Source: Macrostomum lignano (Eukaryota). From it: DNA of 64,000 bases. A model generated the notes under the pieces. The model did no database searches, was not told the DNA's origin, and saw only the letters and a program-made list of their open reading frames with translations. Shown piece by piece: positions 22,920-35,500 of this stretch (position 1 is the stretch's first letter; each line of letters opens with the position of its first letter). The DNA is taken from assembly GCA_002269645.1 (NCBI GenBank), contig NIVC01000696.1, positions 372,001 to 436,000 on the forward strand, written 5' to 3'. The position numbers were made by a program, and so were the translations under genes.

Positions 22920-23995
22920 TGATGTGTTCCTTATTACCAGTCCTCAACTGTAATCAAGGAACAATCACTTCTAGCTCTGTAGCTAGGCAACCCAGTAATC
23001 AAATGAAGGTATTCAATTACCTTTGAGTCCTTAAATGAGAGCTCTCGTAATAATCCTCGTCCGTAGTATCGCGATCAGTAACTTTCCTGTCCTTCAGGAA
23101 GTTTAGGCACCTGGTAACAGTTGATCTGGTCCGTTATCTCCTTTGTCCTCTTGACTTCTTGCCGGCCGGTATCTGTAGTTCGGACCAATCGGAAGCTTCC
23201 AAATTAACAATGGGGATCCCTGCGCCAAACTGCGGTTTAATATAAGCCTACTCCTTCTAGTAGTGCCTCTATGCACTCTAGGTATGGCTCCGGAAACCAC
23301 TGATAGTCTTCTAAGATCTATCAGGGGCAGTCCTTCTGGAGACTGCAACCAGTGGAGTCTAAACAGACTCAAGAGTCTCAGCAGACTCAAATAAACTCAA
23401 GTCTCAATAGACTTGAGCGAGACGTCTCAACCAACGGGCGCAAATGAGTAAGGCTTACCGCAAGAACTCGTCCACGACGCGAGTTTCTTCAGGAAGGCTT
23501 CACTAGAGCTTCCTCTTCGGAGCTTCTCTCTCTTGGAGATTTTCTGGCTCCGGGTCCGTTCCGGACCACTTGTATTTATAGGCGTTCAGACCTCTCTCGA
23601 GGTCGTACATCACTGTCTTCGCAAATGTCAAAGGGTCACGATTCGGTGGCTGTCAAGCATGACAGGGTAGAAAGTTGCGCAACTAGTCTATTGTAAAAGC
23701 GCATGATTGGTTACCGTAGCTGGTAGACTTTGATTGGTTCATCCGGGTGCAACCCGAGTGCAAACAAAATGATGACTTGAAGGTGGGGTTTGAATTGACA
23801 GTTGTTGGTCGCACGTGATTGGGTGATTTCTAAAATTAGCATGCTCAAGGTCTCTCTCTTTCTATTGGTTAGTCAGAATATACTTATAATTCAAAGCGTA
23901 CCTTTATTCATGCTCTTCAACTTACTACTGAATAAAATGTGTGAGTAGTACGTTAACACTTTTATGTCTTCTTACGGGAGGTAGAACACTCTACA
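22920..23995 (-). repeat. 5' LTR (1076 bp)
   Basis: Minus strand TGTAGAG...CACATCA; near-identical to 13296-14371. Confidence 0.97.
23573..23870 (-). promoter_or_regulatory. LTR U3 promoter: TATAAATA box with four upstream CCAAT boxes
   Basis: Plus-strand tatttata at 23573-23580 (13949-13956 in the 3' LTR), and four attgg motifs at ~23705, ~23732, ~23817 and ~23864. Confidence 0.6.
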
Positions 23996-24674
23996 GGAAG
24001 CTGCGACTCATCTGGGGCAGCTTTTCCATCGGCACAAGCGACATGATAACGATAATAGATTCGAACTCCCGACTGAATGTGACATTGTCTGCGTCCACTG
24101 TAAAACAGTTGAAGAACTCACCGTAGGAGAAAAGGCGTACCGAGACCTGGATGCCTGGGATCTCGCAGTTGTCGGCAATGTACTGCTGGCCGCCCATAAC
24201 CACCACACAGAAGAAGAGGCTGCTGCGATTGTGACCGATCATTATTGTCTCGTTAAACGGCAACTGCTGATAGTAGGTTTCGATATTGTCGTATGCGTAC
24301 ATCAGTTTCAAGTTTTCCAGATTATTAGCTAGTGCCAGCCCAGTGACGTCCTTGAGCATCTTTTGGAATCGCAGGGGACTCATGACAGCGCCTGAGTCCC
24401 ACAAGTTCTGTGCCTCGTAGCTGAACGGGCTGTGCGCGCACAGAGTGAACGAAGGAAACTCGGGCTTAACGTCGAACGCAGTGGACGTGTGCCAGGCAGT
24501 GTCGTAGTTGAGAAAATCCTTCACTAGGAAGGCGGACACGATCACCAGCACCAGCGTCATCACAACAACAAACGATAGCCAGAGTATCTTTATAAACGGC
24601 GACCGGGCCTTTAGGATTTTCTGCACGCCCCTAATTGAGGAGCCTTCGCAGAAAAGTCTCCAACGGCTGGCCAT
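23996..24674 (-). pseudogene. 5' half of the interrupted DEG/ENaC gene; now stops at an in-frame TAG just inside the LTR
   Basis: MASRWRLFCEGSSIRG (pre-TM1 F...S.HG-like motif) and TM1 ILWLSFVVVMTLVLVIVSAFLV. Reconstructed junction reads MSRSFL-YDVLTRGEGVKV; the restored ORF is 1833 nt (610 aa). Confidence 0.9.
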
Positions 24675-27600
24675 TGTCCGACAGATTGTTCGGCACTCAG
24701 TGCCAGCAGCAGTCGCAGTCGCCGCCACCGTTGCCGCTTGAGATCGATCACCTGACGGATCGGGTGAAGCCACCAGTGCGACTGCAGGGACACGGCCTGG
24801 GTTTAAATACAGAGTAGGGTGGGCGGGTTTGAATGGCTGACTGATCAAAAAAGAAGTACGTAAGCAGAGTTTTCTGAATTGTAGTCCCAGAGTTTGAGAC
24901 GCATTGGGTCATTGATATTCTCATGATGCATGATTGGTCGGCACACGGTAGCCAGTAGGTGTTGCCAAGAAAGAGGCGGCACTTGATTGAGAAGCAGACT
25001 ACCCTATGGCTATTCGTCCCTTACAACAGTGGTAATGAAGTTTTCTCAACTAACAGTTTTTTATAGTCATATATTCTCTTTTTTATTCACTGCTGCGAAT
25101 TTAACTGCGCCAAAAAAGCCTTCAAGCGGACACTTCGAAAGAGTAGTGGCTGCACCAGAAAAAAACAGGATGAATTTAAACTTAAATTCAATACAGTATC
25201 AACAGTTTATAAATAAACAGTTTTATCAGATACAAATTCAAATGATTTGAAAGCATGCGAAATTCAGAAATTCAACTGTAGGGGCAGATTTCTGTTTGTC
25301 GGCGCCGTCAGAGAAACAGATAATGGAAACGAGATGCTTCAATATTTAATGTTAATAACATTACCTCTGGAATGGAGATAATTTTTTAAAAGCCCTGCAC
25401 CTCCAAGTTAGTAATGCAGTGCCGTCTTTTCCTTGCAGAAAATATCTTATTTGACCATTACGAGCTAAAACAAAAAAATCAGAGCTACACATCCAGCAAT
25501 GCGGAGCTCGGATCTGTGGCGCTGGAATTGAATTCCCATCCAGAGCATGTGGAGTTTGTATGTACGAGAAAATTTCCCATCCTTGCCGACACACCAAAGG
25601 CATTACTAATTGATGGTGCGTCTCCGTCCTTCGTCGCAGTAGGACAGGCAAGTGTAGACAGCCAGCCTACTTGTTAAAGACAGCTTGCTGTTGGCAGTCC
25701 AGGGCAAAACTCATGGGAGCTAAGAAGCTCATCTAGAGCAGGGAATTCTAACTCAAGATTGATTGCGTCCCAGCAGTTTATAAGCTGAGTGGAAATTTAG
25801 TTTGGGTAGATATTTGCACTATATCATTATCAATTCAAAGTTCTTTTAGCAGCGTCTTCCTTTAAAAAACCTCCCCCTCGACAGAACTCCAATTCCGAAT
25901 CAGGCAGCCAAAGTACGAGCGGAGGGCGTCTCTCCTTTTGCTTTTGCTTCTCCCGACTGCCCCCATCCGAGCTTTGCCTTTGGATTCTCAAGAATCCATT
26001 TAGTTGTGAAAGCTCCCAGATTAGTTTATCTTGTCCTACTGGTATCTAATTTCGTTGCTTAGTAGTGAGTACTTTCCTAGAAATTTTCCAATCTAAGACA
26101 AGTCTTCGAGCTCAGCGAGGCCCTGCTGAGCAGGATAGGCTTTCATTGAAGCACTGAATTTTTTATTGCATTGTCTCGATTGTGTGCCACCATCTGACCA
26201 GAAATCCCGAGAAATCAGCCGAATTCGGGAGAAGCAGCTGCTTCAGGTGGACAAATACGAGGCCTCTATATTCTACATCAATTTCCAATCATCTTCTAGA
26301 AAGAAATCCGCTTGCACGTCTCAGCGAAAGGCTTCGGGTAGTAGTATAAATATTGAGCATCCCCTTAATCCCAGACATTTCCCACTCTCCACTCTGCTAC
26401 ACTGAATGCAGTATCGATCTGGTGCACTTTTTGCCATTTTCCAAAGAGAAGCGGCCAACTGCGTTCTCACTCTCATTTCGTCCGCGTTTGCCTAAAAAGG
26501 TGTTTTCTGCCTTCTGCCTCGCTTTTCTCACCCAGCCTTCTAGAAGCAAAAGAAAATTTTAATTGCAAAGCCACCCGCTGACAAGAGCTGAGGCTGCAGG
26601 TCTTTTTATTCTGCCTCGCTTTGCATCTTTCTTTGTTGCTGCAGACGTCTGCGCAGCTTTAAAGCAGGTGTTGAGAGCGGAGGACGCCCCAAATGAAGTT
26701 TTGGAGTTCTCCCTACCAGCTACTGCAGCAGGTTCTGCCGCAACTGCCCCAAGTCCTACGCTATGCGTGTAGCGCAATCTTTGCTGTCAGACTGTTGCAA
26801 ATGAGCATGCAGAGGCCCGGGGTGGAATAAAACCCAGTATTTTAGGGGGAAGCATTATTTCTGTTTGACGTAAGGAGACAATGAGTTCTGTCTCTTTTAA
26901 TGGCGCTTGCAATAAAAAATGTCAAAGGTGTTCAGATCGCAGCCGAAACTAGCGGGCACGGTATCCATGCACTCACGTTCAATTAATTCCATTCCGCTCA
27001 TTCTGTACAGAACTAAAACAATTGTCAATGGTCCTAATTTCACTTCAACTCCTAAGTTGATAGTTGAATTCAACCATAGTTGAGATTTCCCATTTGGCAG
27101 CTGTAGATTTGGTTTTGACCATAGACATAGACGCAAAAAGGGCAAATTCGGCCATAGACATCAGCACAAAGAAGGATGCCGGTAGCATCCTCTATCATAG
27201 AATAGAAATCATGCTTAAAGACCGGCTTCCATTCAGTAAAGAGCAAAATTTAAACAGAGAGCAAATACACAACAGCACTACTTGCTTTTAGAACGCTGAT
27301 GCATCCGCCCCTATCCAAGCTAAAGAGAGAGAGTTGCCATATTCGGAATTAATTTTGTCACCTTCGGGTTGAAAAGGTATTTTGGCCTTTAATCACTTTT
27401 TCATTGTTAATAATTTTTTCCTTATTTTAAATCAGGATAAAATACGACTACAAGGCAGGCCTCGGTAAGCAGGATGTCCCTGGTCAAAAGACGCTTAGTT
27501 TATGACATAGTCTATCAGTTTAGTACTAAACCGAGTACCCCAACTCAAGGAGTTCTATAGTTAGCATCTGGAGTAAAATATAAAAATGCCTTCGTGATTT

Positions 27601-29581
27601 CAGTGATTTTTGTCCTAACTAGCTGAAGAGAAGGACAGCAAGCTAGGTTCTTTCTTTTCGATTAAGTTGCTCGCGCTAAATCAGTAGCATGGTCAACCAA
27701 TGCAACGCTTTCAAATGTCCAAACAAACCCAAAGGAGTCGGAACACCAAAGGACATATCATTTCATTCATTCCCACTGAGCAATCCAAAAAGCCAATTCA
27801 ATATAATATTTTGAGCCAAAAAAGCACTTTTGGATGTGCTCACTGACTCTCGATGACTTCTTGATCAAATCGACTCAAGACAGCAGTGCTAATTCCTAGC
27901 ATTTTTCCAAACGTCCACAACCTGTTCGCTACTAATATCTAAAAAATATGTTCGTTCTGAAAAGCTCGTTTCCACTCCAGATGCTAATTATAGAACTCCT
28001 TGGTTCCGCTAATCATAAGTGCTTGCTAATGCGTTTTATCTCGCTTGAGCTCTCTGCAGCCTATCCTCGTAGTAGCATATTTCACACAGATTTTCTGAAG
28101 TCGAAATCAATTCGTTGCCAGTCTCAATCAGCGTGTAGCGCCAGCCTCGTAAAAAAATTTTAGTTTCCCGTCCCGGTGTTTGAGTAGTCCCTGCATCTAC
28201 CAAAAAGCAAGGAAGACAAAAAGCATTAATTACCATGCGTGACGGAGATACCATTCTGTGATAGTATGTTAGTTCAAAACATCTGTGTATACCGAATAAC
28301 TGCGGTGCAGGTAATTTTTTCTCGTGAGCAAAAAGCAATGAATAGGGACTCAAAAACAGAAAAAAACTCCCCCAGCTCTCACCGTCAGCCTTCACTTCCT
28401 GAGCTTTAGCGCTGTGCTCCAAAGCATGCAGCATGCCCGGTCCTGGGCTGTTGAGGCCACTCGTCGAGAAAAAAATTAAAAAAATAGACAAAAAATATTT
28501 TTCAACGAGGGATGGCAAAGTGAAGCAGCAGACCAGAGGCTGGGTTTGCCAGAATGCGATGCATTGCTGTTCAGCTAGCTGATATACTTTTGCAGCTCTG
28601 GAGGCTGGGGTGATGAGGGTACTGTGAATCTGCCCCGCATCTCGTGCCTTCCACCATACAAATTGTCAGCAGCCAGGTCTGCTCAGCGGCCTGTGGCTGA
28701 GGCACAGCCTATCGGCACTCGCCTCATTCTCTCACGTCTCATGCCCGCTGTAGACTTGTCTTCTTGCGTCTCTGGCCGCTGTCTGTCTCAAATTTAGGGC
28801 TCTATGGTGACCTTTTTAGAGGTGATCCAGCTCGTTATACTCTGATTCAATTTAATAGAGTGAATGTGATAAGTTGAATTGGCGTGAAATCGGCTAAAAT
28901 AGGTAGTGAAATAGATGGGGAGCTCTTGGTCCCGGCTTCTCCCAAATGCTTGAGTGTTTCAACCGTGCTCAGAGTCTCTTTCAGTTCTGCGCCAAAATTC
29001 AGAGAAATGAAACACAGAACAATAGGAGAAGAGTGCACAGGTAATAGGAATCAGAATTTCCCTGCAGTTTTAGCCTATCTGGTCATTTAATATGCAGGTT
29101 TTTGATCTGTCAATTTAATTCAATTTAATTGAATTACTCAATTTGTTTTATTGGATTTGAATGTCGAATTGAGACTCAGTGCAGTAAGAGCTCAAAACTT
29201 GTGCCTTGTTCTCTTGCACCTTTGCTCGATCTGTGTGATATCGGGGTTCCGTCAGTCCCCGAATGAAAGATCCGCCTCAGAACCTGAGGTCAGGGGGAAC
29301 CAGACAGGGGGAGTTCAAGTCAAAGAGTGCAAATCCTGCAGTGCACTATATCTGGACATCTCAGAGCTCATTGAGTTAGTTTCCGTCCAATACTGTATTT
29401 TAATAAATGACGCAATTCGTTGATCAGTGGAACAGTTTGTTTGAACTAAAGCTATTCAGGTAATGAGTATATCAAGCTGATCGCATTAACATAGCGGCAG
29501 TCGCTGGCTGGTTGTGAACGATCTTCACACAATTCGAATTTCACCAGGCTGATCGGACCGCATAATGACTGCATAGTTGAG

Positions 29582-32500
29582 CTACTGCTTCTGCGGTCTC
29601 TGCTTCTCGATTGACGCCGCCTGGTCGGCGCCCGCTCCTGAATTGGTCAATTTGGTGCTGCAAAACTTTTCTACGTCATTGAGATTGCTCAGAAAATAAA
29701 TTAAACTCAAGTGAAGATTAGCTAACTTCGCTTTTTTCAAGTCGCAGGTGAATCTTCTGCCGCTTTCTATGCCTAAATCACAGATAAAGGGAGAAGGGAC
29801 TAAAGAAAGAACTTGATGAAGTGGGTGAAAATTTTCTGATTGAAACCTGACGGACCACTTACCGTCAGCTCCAGCTTCCGCCGTTTGCTGTTGCCTTTTG
29901 TTGCGGCTGGCGTCGTGTCCCCCGCCGCCATTGTCGCAGCTGCCGCCGCGGCCGCTGTCATCGTTGGAGCCGTCTGTGGACCGGAGGCTGGCAAAGTCTG
30001 GCGGAGGCGGGCTTTCCCGCTGCTGCTTGTAGAAGAGGCTGCGGCTCTGCTGGGTTCAGTGTGACAAGACGGGCATTGCGTGGGACCGACTGCATAGGGT
30101 TTATGGTTTCAATGACTGCCGTTAAACAAATAGGCTGGAATATTGGATAAATTTAACTCGCAGGCGCTCTGTTCTACTCATAGTATGCATTCGCAATATC
30201 GAATTAAAAATCAAAAAATTACTCATACTTCTGCAACAACGGCTAGATAAGAATTGCTTTTTGGTCAACTTAAAAAACTTTCCCTAAACTTCGCCATGAC
30301 ACTTTATTTAATCCGCTGCTATTTTGTTCCAGCAAATTTAATATGAAAGACATGACAGTCATGACGTTGGCCTAATGAATAATATACAAGTGAATTCAAG
30401 CAGGTAACTTTTCTCCTGACCTGACGGTGCGCAGCCTGTCTGCCTGTCATCGGGACGCTGGCCTCATCGTCCTCAAATTCTTGGCGGGCTGTCGGGCCTC
30501 GGCTGAACAGAGGACGCCGGGTTTGGCTCCTGCCCGATGCAGCGCCTGCGGCTGAGGGAATGCGAATTGAAGTGCCGGTTTGACATCCCCACTGTTTTTT
30601 GTTGATAAAAATAATATAAATATAATAACTGACTACACCTGCCCTAATGGCCAGATGTGCAACCGACAGCTCAGCCGCCGCTATTGCGTGGCGTCACCTG
30701 AAGGCTGCGTACGGCTGTTCAGTCCAAGGACTGGGGGGGGGGTCGCCACACACACCCTCAATTACCCCAGCTAATGCTGGCACCCATTTTACAGCTGGGT
30801 GAACTGAAGCAATGCAGAGTTAAGTGTCTTGCTCAAGGACACAAATTGTTCCGAGTGGGTCGAGAATCGAACCTCCGACATTTCAGTCGCGAGTTATACG
30901 GGTTTACTTCAGACACTACTAAAAGTAGCATTTAATTATTCATGCACAATACTTTATTTGAGCAATGCAGTCAGAATCAATAGGCGAACAAAGATCTGGA
31001 CAAGCCGGCGTTAGGAAGAATGCTGTATTTTGACATGGCCATTACGCTTTGTGCTGTGGAGTTGTAATTTGGCATGGCCGTTATGCTCTGTGCTGTGGAG
31101 TTGTAATTTGGCATGGCCGTTATGCTCTGTGCTGTGGAGTTGTAATTTGGCATGGCCGTTATGCTCTGTGCTGTGGAGTTGTAATTTGGCATGGCCGTTA
31201 TGCTCTGTGCTGTGGAGTTGTAATTTGGCATGGCCGTTATGCTCTGTGCTGTGGAGTTGTAATTTGGCATGGCCGTTATGCTCTGTGCTGTGGAGTTGTA
31301 ATTTCGCATGGCCGTTATGCTCTGTGCTGTGGAGTTGTAATTTGGCATGGCCGTTATGCTCTGTGCTGTGGAGTTGTAATTTGGCATGGCCGTTATGCTC
31401 TGTGCTGTGGAGTTGTAATTTCGCATGGCCGTTATGCTCTGTGCTGTGGAGTTGTAATTTGGCATGGCCGTTATGCTCTGTGCTGTGGAGTTGTAATTTC
31501 GCATGGCCGTTATGCTCTGTGCTGTGGAGTTGTAATTTCGCATGGCCGTTTTGCTCTGTCCTATAGCTGTACTAAAAGGCTAAAGATAAGAACGATCACT
31601 GCCAATTTTCCAGCTTATTTGCCTACCTATCCGCGTAGAAGCCGAGAATTTAAGCTTCATCTTTTCACTAATTAGAACAGATACGCCAATTTCAGTCCCA
31701 ATGCCCTGCTCCATGCTAATCTCTTCATTAACCTGGAAGGGCATTAGCGTTAGTGAAGCACCCGGATAAGCGCCATGGGTGCATTCCGCTGCTTAATCCC
31801 GCGCCCATGTCTGTTTGCCGCTAATTCTGATTGCTAGCTGCAGGAGACGAGCAGGTCGAAAGCAGCTCTCCCGGTGCCCAGATAATCCAGTCATACGAAA
31901 CAGAGTTTAATCAGTAAGTCGCCCCTAGCACCGGAAGGCATCCTCGATATGAGCGCTTTCATGGAGACTGAATATCATTTTGAAAAAGTCATTCCCAGCC
32001 CTGTAATTCCTGCGATTACTGGCTCTAAAACCTGATGGACGGATTGCTGGGCAAACTGGAGTCTGAAGTACACTATATTTTTCAGATTCCCGCAGAATGT
32101 TTAAAATTTACAGATCTCTGAAGCTATTTAGTTACATTTAAGATGCATATTTAAGATACATATAAATCCACTTTCCTCTTAATTCAAATACAGTTGTGGC
32201 AAATCTGGACAGCTGGAATCTGAACTCACCAATGCAGCGGCGGCGGCACGAGATGACCAGCAAGCCCGTGACGAGAACCAGCAGGAAGGCTGCAGTCGCG
32301 AACACGAGTCCCGCGATCACAATAAAGCCATCGGTGCCCGCTGTTCCTGGGCCACTGACGTCCCCGTCAGAGTGAAGCACTCGCTCGGTTCGAACGAATT
32401 CTACATCGAGCGACTGAACATCTTCGAGCGGAGGCTGACCGAGATCTCGCACCATCAGAGTCAGCCGAATTGGCTGGGCGGCGAGTTCTGGCGCCAACGG

Positions 32501-35500
32501 TCGGACCAGAATGACCTGGCCGGTGTCCGCGTCCACGTGAAAGGCCGAATCTTTCGGAGCCAGCAGGCTGAACCGGAACCGCCCATTGGCGCCGCTGTCT
32601 GCATCCGTGGCCAGCAGCTGCGCCACTCTGCCTGCCACTGGGACTCCGCCGGCTGGCAGGCGGACCGTCCGGTTCCACCGCGACGGGAACAGAAACTGAG
32701 GTCGGTTGTCGTTGACATCGTCGACCTCTACTACCACTGCGGTAGCCGTTGTACAGGGAGACTGCCCGGAGTCGGCCACCTCAACACCAAACTGGAAGCG
32801 TCGATGACGCTCTCTGTCCAGCGGGTTCAAGAGAACCAGCAGACCGTCCTGAGTCACGTTGAAGTGCCATTCGGCAGTTGAATCAGACTGGGCACTCGTT
32901 TGAGTGAGGCGGAAGCTGAGCCGCCCGTTCTCGCCAGTGTCCGCATCGCTGGCATTCAGCTGCCCGATGATGTGGCCTGCAAGGAGACGTGGTTTGCTCT
33001 ACGGGTTGCATTGCGCACGGCCATGGTGCACTCGTAAGAAACTTGTACCTCAATTTTACTGACTCCTGATCCATTCCGCTGTTTCCTGAGCACATAGAAG
33101 AGCGCCAATACGCGGGCACGCAGTCGTACACACGCTCACACAGGGTGTACAGCGGCCCTGACTTTATAATCGTCAGGCATGTTCACTCTCTGTGCCTTGG
33201 TGGCTGGACCTCATGACTGTTGAATCGCACGACAACTCCCTGGTCAATTTTCGCGTCAAAAGCCCCAAGTGAATGTGTTTGCGCACGGGATACTCCACCC
33301 GCTTTGTGCTGCTTCGGAGCTGCTATGGTTGCAGTGATTTCTCCAGTAGGATTTTTATCCCATAGCAGTGCAAACTGTGACGACTTGGGGGGGACTTCTA
33401 TATGAGTGAATCCAAGCAGTCTATCTGCCAGTGCAACAGCAGCTTGTGCACATTTGAATTCCCATGCAGTTTAAATCTCTTTTTCCAATTCTCATTAACG
33501 CTGACTGACTCAACTGCGAAGTAAAAAAAGGATGAATAGGAGGAATTTGAGAGAGGGAAGACATGAGAGAGAGGGGGACTACTAGTATCAGATCCTCGTC
33601 AGAAATCTGTTTCAAAATTAGCCATAGCTCTTTATTGCTGTCACTCTGGATGCTGCGTGCAGCATAATTCTATTTATGCTTGCCATGGTTCCTGACCCGC
33701 GGATCTGATGTTATTCGGCAGATAACCCACCAGTTGTCAATCACTTATTGCCGTTTACTCGTAAAAAGGCAGTATTCCTCCGCCTCCTCGCAATACTCAG
33801 TACCTACCCCTCCGAAAGTATTTATTCTACTTTAAACATTTACCGCTTTACCAGAACAATCGAAATTGACATTGCAAACCGATTACACTAAGGTTTGAAC
33901 TCAAGAGTATCCCCGTATATTGTAAGCATTATGACCGTAAATATTGTTGTACAAAACCTTAAAAAGGCTCTATATAGTCCCTAAATATGTCCTGCGACCT
34001 TAGTGGGGATAGTTGCTATGGAAACGATGAGACAACCAGATAATGCGAATTAATGCGAATTTCATAAAATTTATCTTTGTACACTGCAACCACACCCAAC
34101 ATACTAATAGAATTGTGCCACAGACAGTTCGTACTCAATCTTACTCATTCACTGTCACTTGATTTGGCGTAAAATACTTACCACAGGCAGCGTCTTCAGC
34201 CACGTGAAAGGCAAGACAGGCCGCAACAATGGGGCAATTGTCATTGTCATCCGTGACTTCAACGGTTACGAGGACAGATCCAGTAAGTCCTGGCCTTCCG
34301 GCATCCACAGCCAGTGCCATGAACTGATGACGGGCCTGGGACTCCCGGTCCAGCCTCTTCAGCAACCGCACCGAACCATCAGTGGGTGAAAGCTCAAAAA
34401 ACATTCGCGCGTTTGTGTCCGTGAGGTTGGAGTAGGTCTCAGCGTCCGCCATTTTATATGTGACTCTGCCGCTGTCGCCAGAATCTGGGTCTTCTGCTAC
34501 TAGACGAAAGACAAATGCTGTTTTGGAACTGCTGTTGTCAGGCTGGGTTCTCTCATTCACGCTAAAGAGCAAGTGGCCCTTGCTAACAAAGTGAGGCGCA
34601 TTGTCGTTGACGTCGGAAATCTCAACGCGAAGCGTCCTCTCTGCGGTGTTGGCCGGCTGTCCAAGGTCGCGGCACCGGATAGAGACGCTCACGGCGGCGC
34701 CGTCTGACTCGCGGTCGAACGATCGCGAAGTTAATAACTTATAAAGCTGTGGCGGAGCGCCTTCTGGGTTCAGCGGTTCGAGCGCAAATGCGTCCAGCGG
34801 ATCCTGCAGCCAGCAGGAAACCTTGGGTAAGGAATAGGACTTCTGAATTGATACCAACTTGATTCATGATAGTTCAAAAATAGTAAAAAATGGATAATTA
34901 TCTTTGACCCTATAGTATAGCCTCGGTAGGTACTTGAGTACCCTTTTGTGGGACAAAAGCAGAACCCCATTCGGTAGTATTGAGATATGCCTTTATGAAA
35001 AAAAAATTGAAATTGTACTCAGGCACGAAAAGTCCAAACGAAAAAACCATCGGAGTCCATGTACAAGGGCGTGGAATTTTAGTGCCTCTTGCGGCAGCTG
35101 GTTTGCGTTAAGGACAGAAAAAAGGAAACCCAGTTCTTCTCGGTCTTTCCGATGTTGCAAACGATTGTTCAAAGTATGACAACGAAACAGAAGAAATAAA
35201 AAAGCAAAAAAATCTAAAAATTTGAAACCTGGCCGTTGATGCCCGAGTCGGCGTCAGTGACGGTAACTATGCTGACGGTACGGCGCGGCGGCTCATTCTC
35301 GGTCACGACAGGCCGCTCGGTGTTGACCAGAATGCGCGGCGCTTCGTCATTGACGTCAACGATTTCAACGACTACCAACGTGGTGCCCTGGCGCGGGGCG
35401 CTTGGACTGCGGTCTTGGGCCATCAGCGAAAACTCGTGCTCCTGATTTTGCTCAAAGTCGAGGTTTCCGGTCACCCGAACGATGCCAGTGACCGGGTCCA

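Larger units (their letters stand above)
13296..23995 (-). mobile_element. Full-length env-bearing Ty3/Gypsy (Metaviridae) LTR retroelement, 10,700 bp
   Basis: Two 1076-bp LTRs with TG...CA ends; 4-bp TSD GGAA (13292-13295 and 23996-23999); PBS; gag with a single CCHC; pol order PR-RT-RH-IN with a Gypsy-type RT (FTVFDLRHGFWQI, YVDD). Confidence 0.97.

Noticed and set aside
28144-28511. Possible MITE with cctcgt..aaaaa ends
   Set aside because: The terminal match is too short and no TSD was found.
30977-31675. Three overlapping repetitive ORFs
   Set aside because: They are artefacts of the 39-bp tandem repeat.
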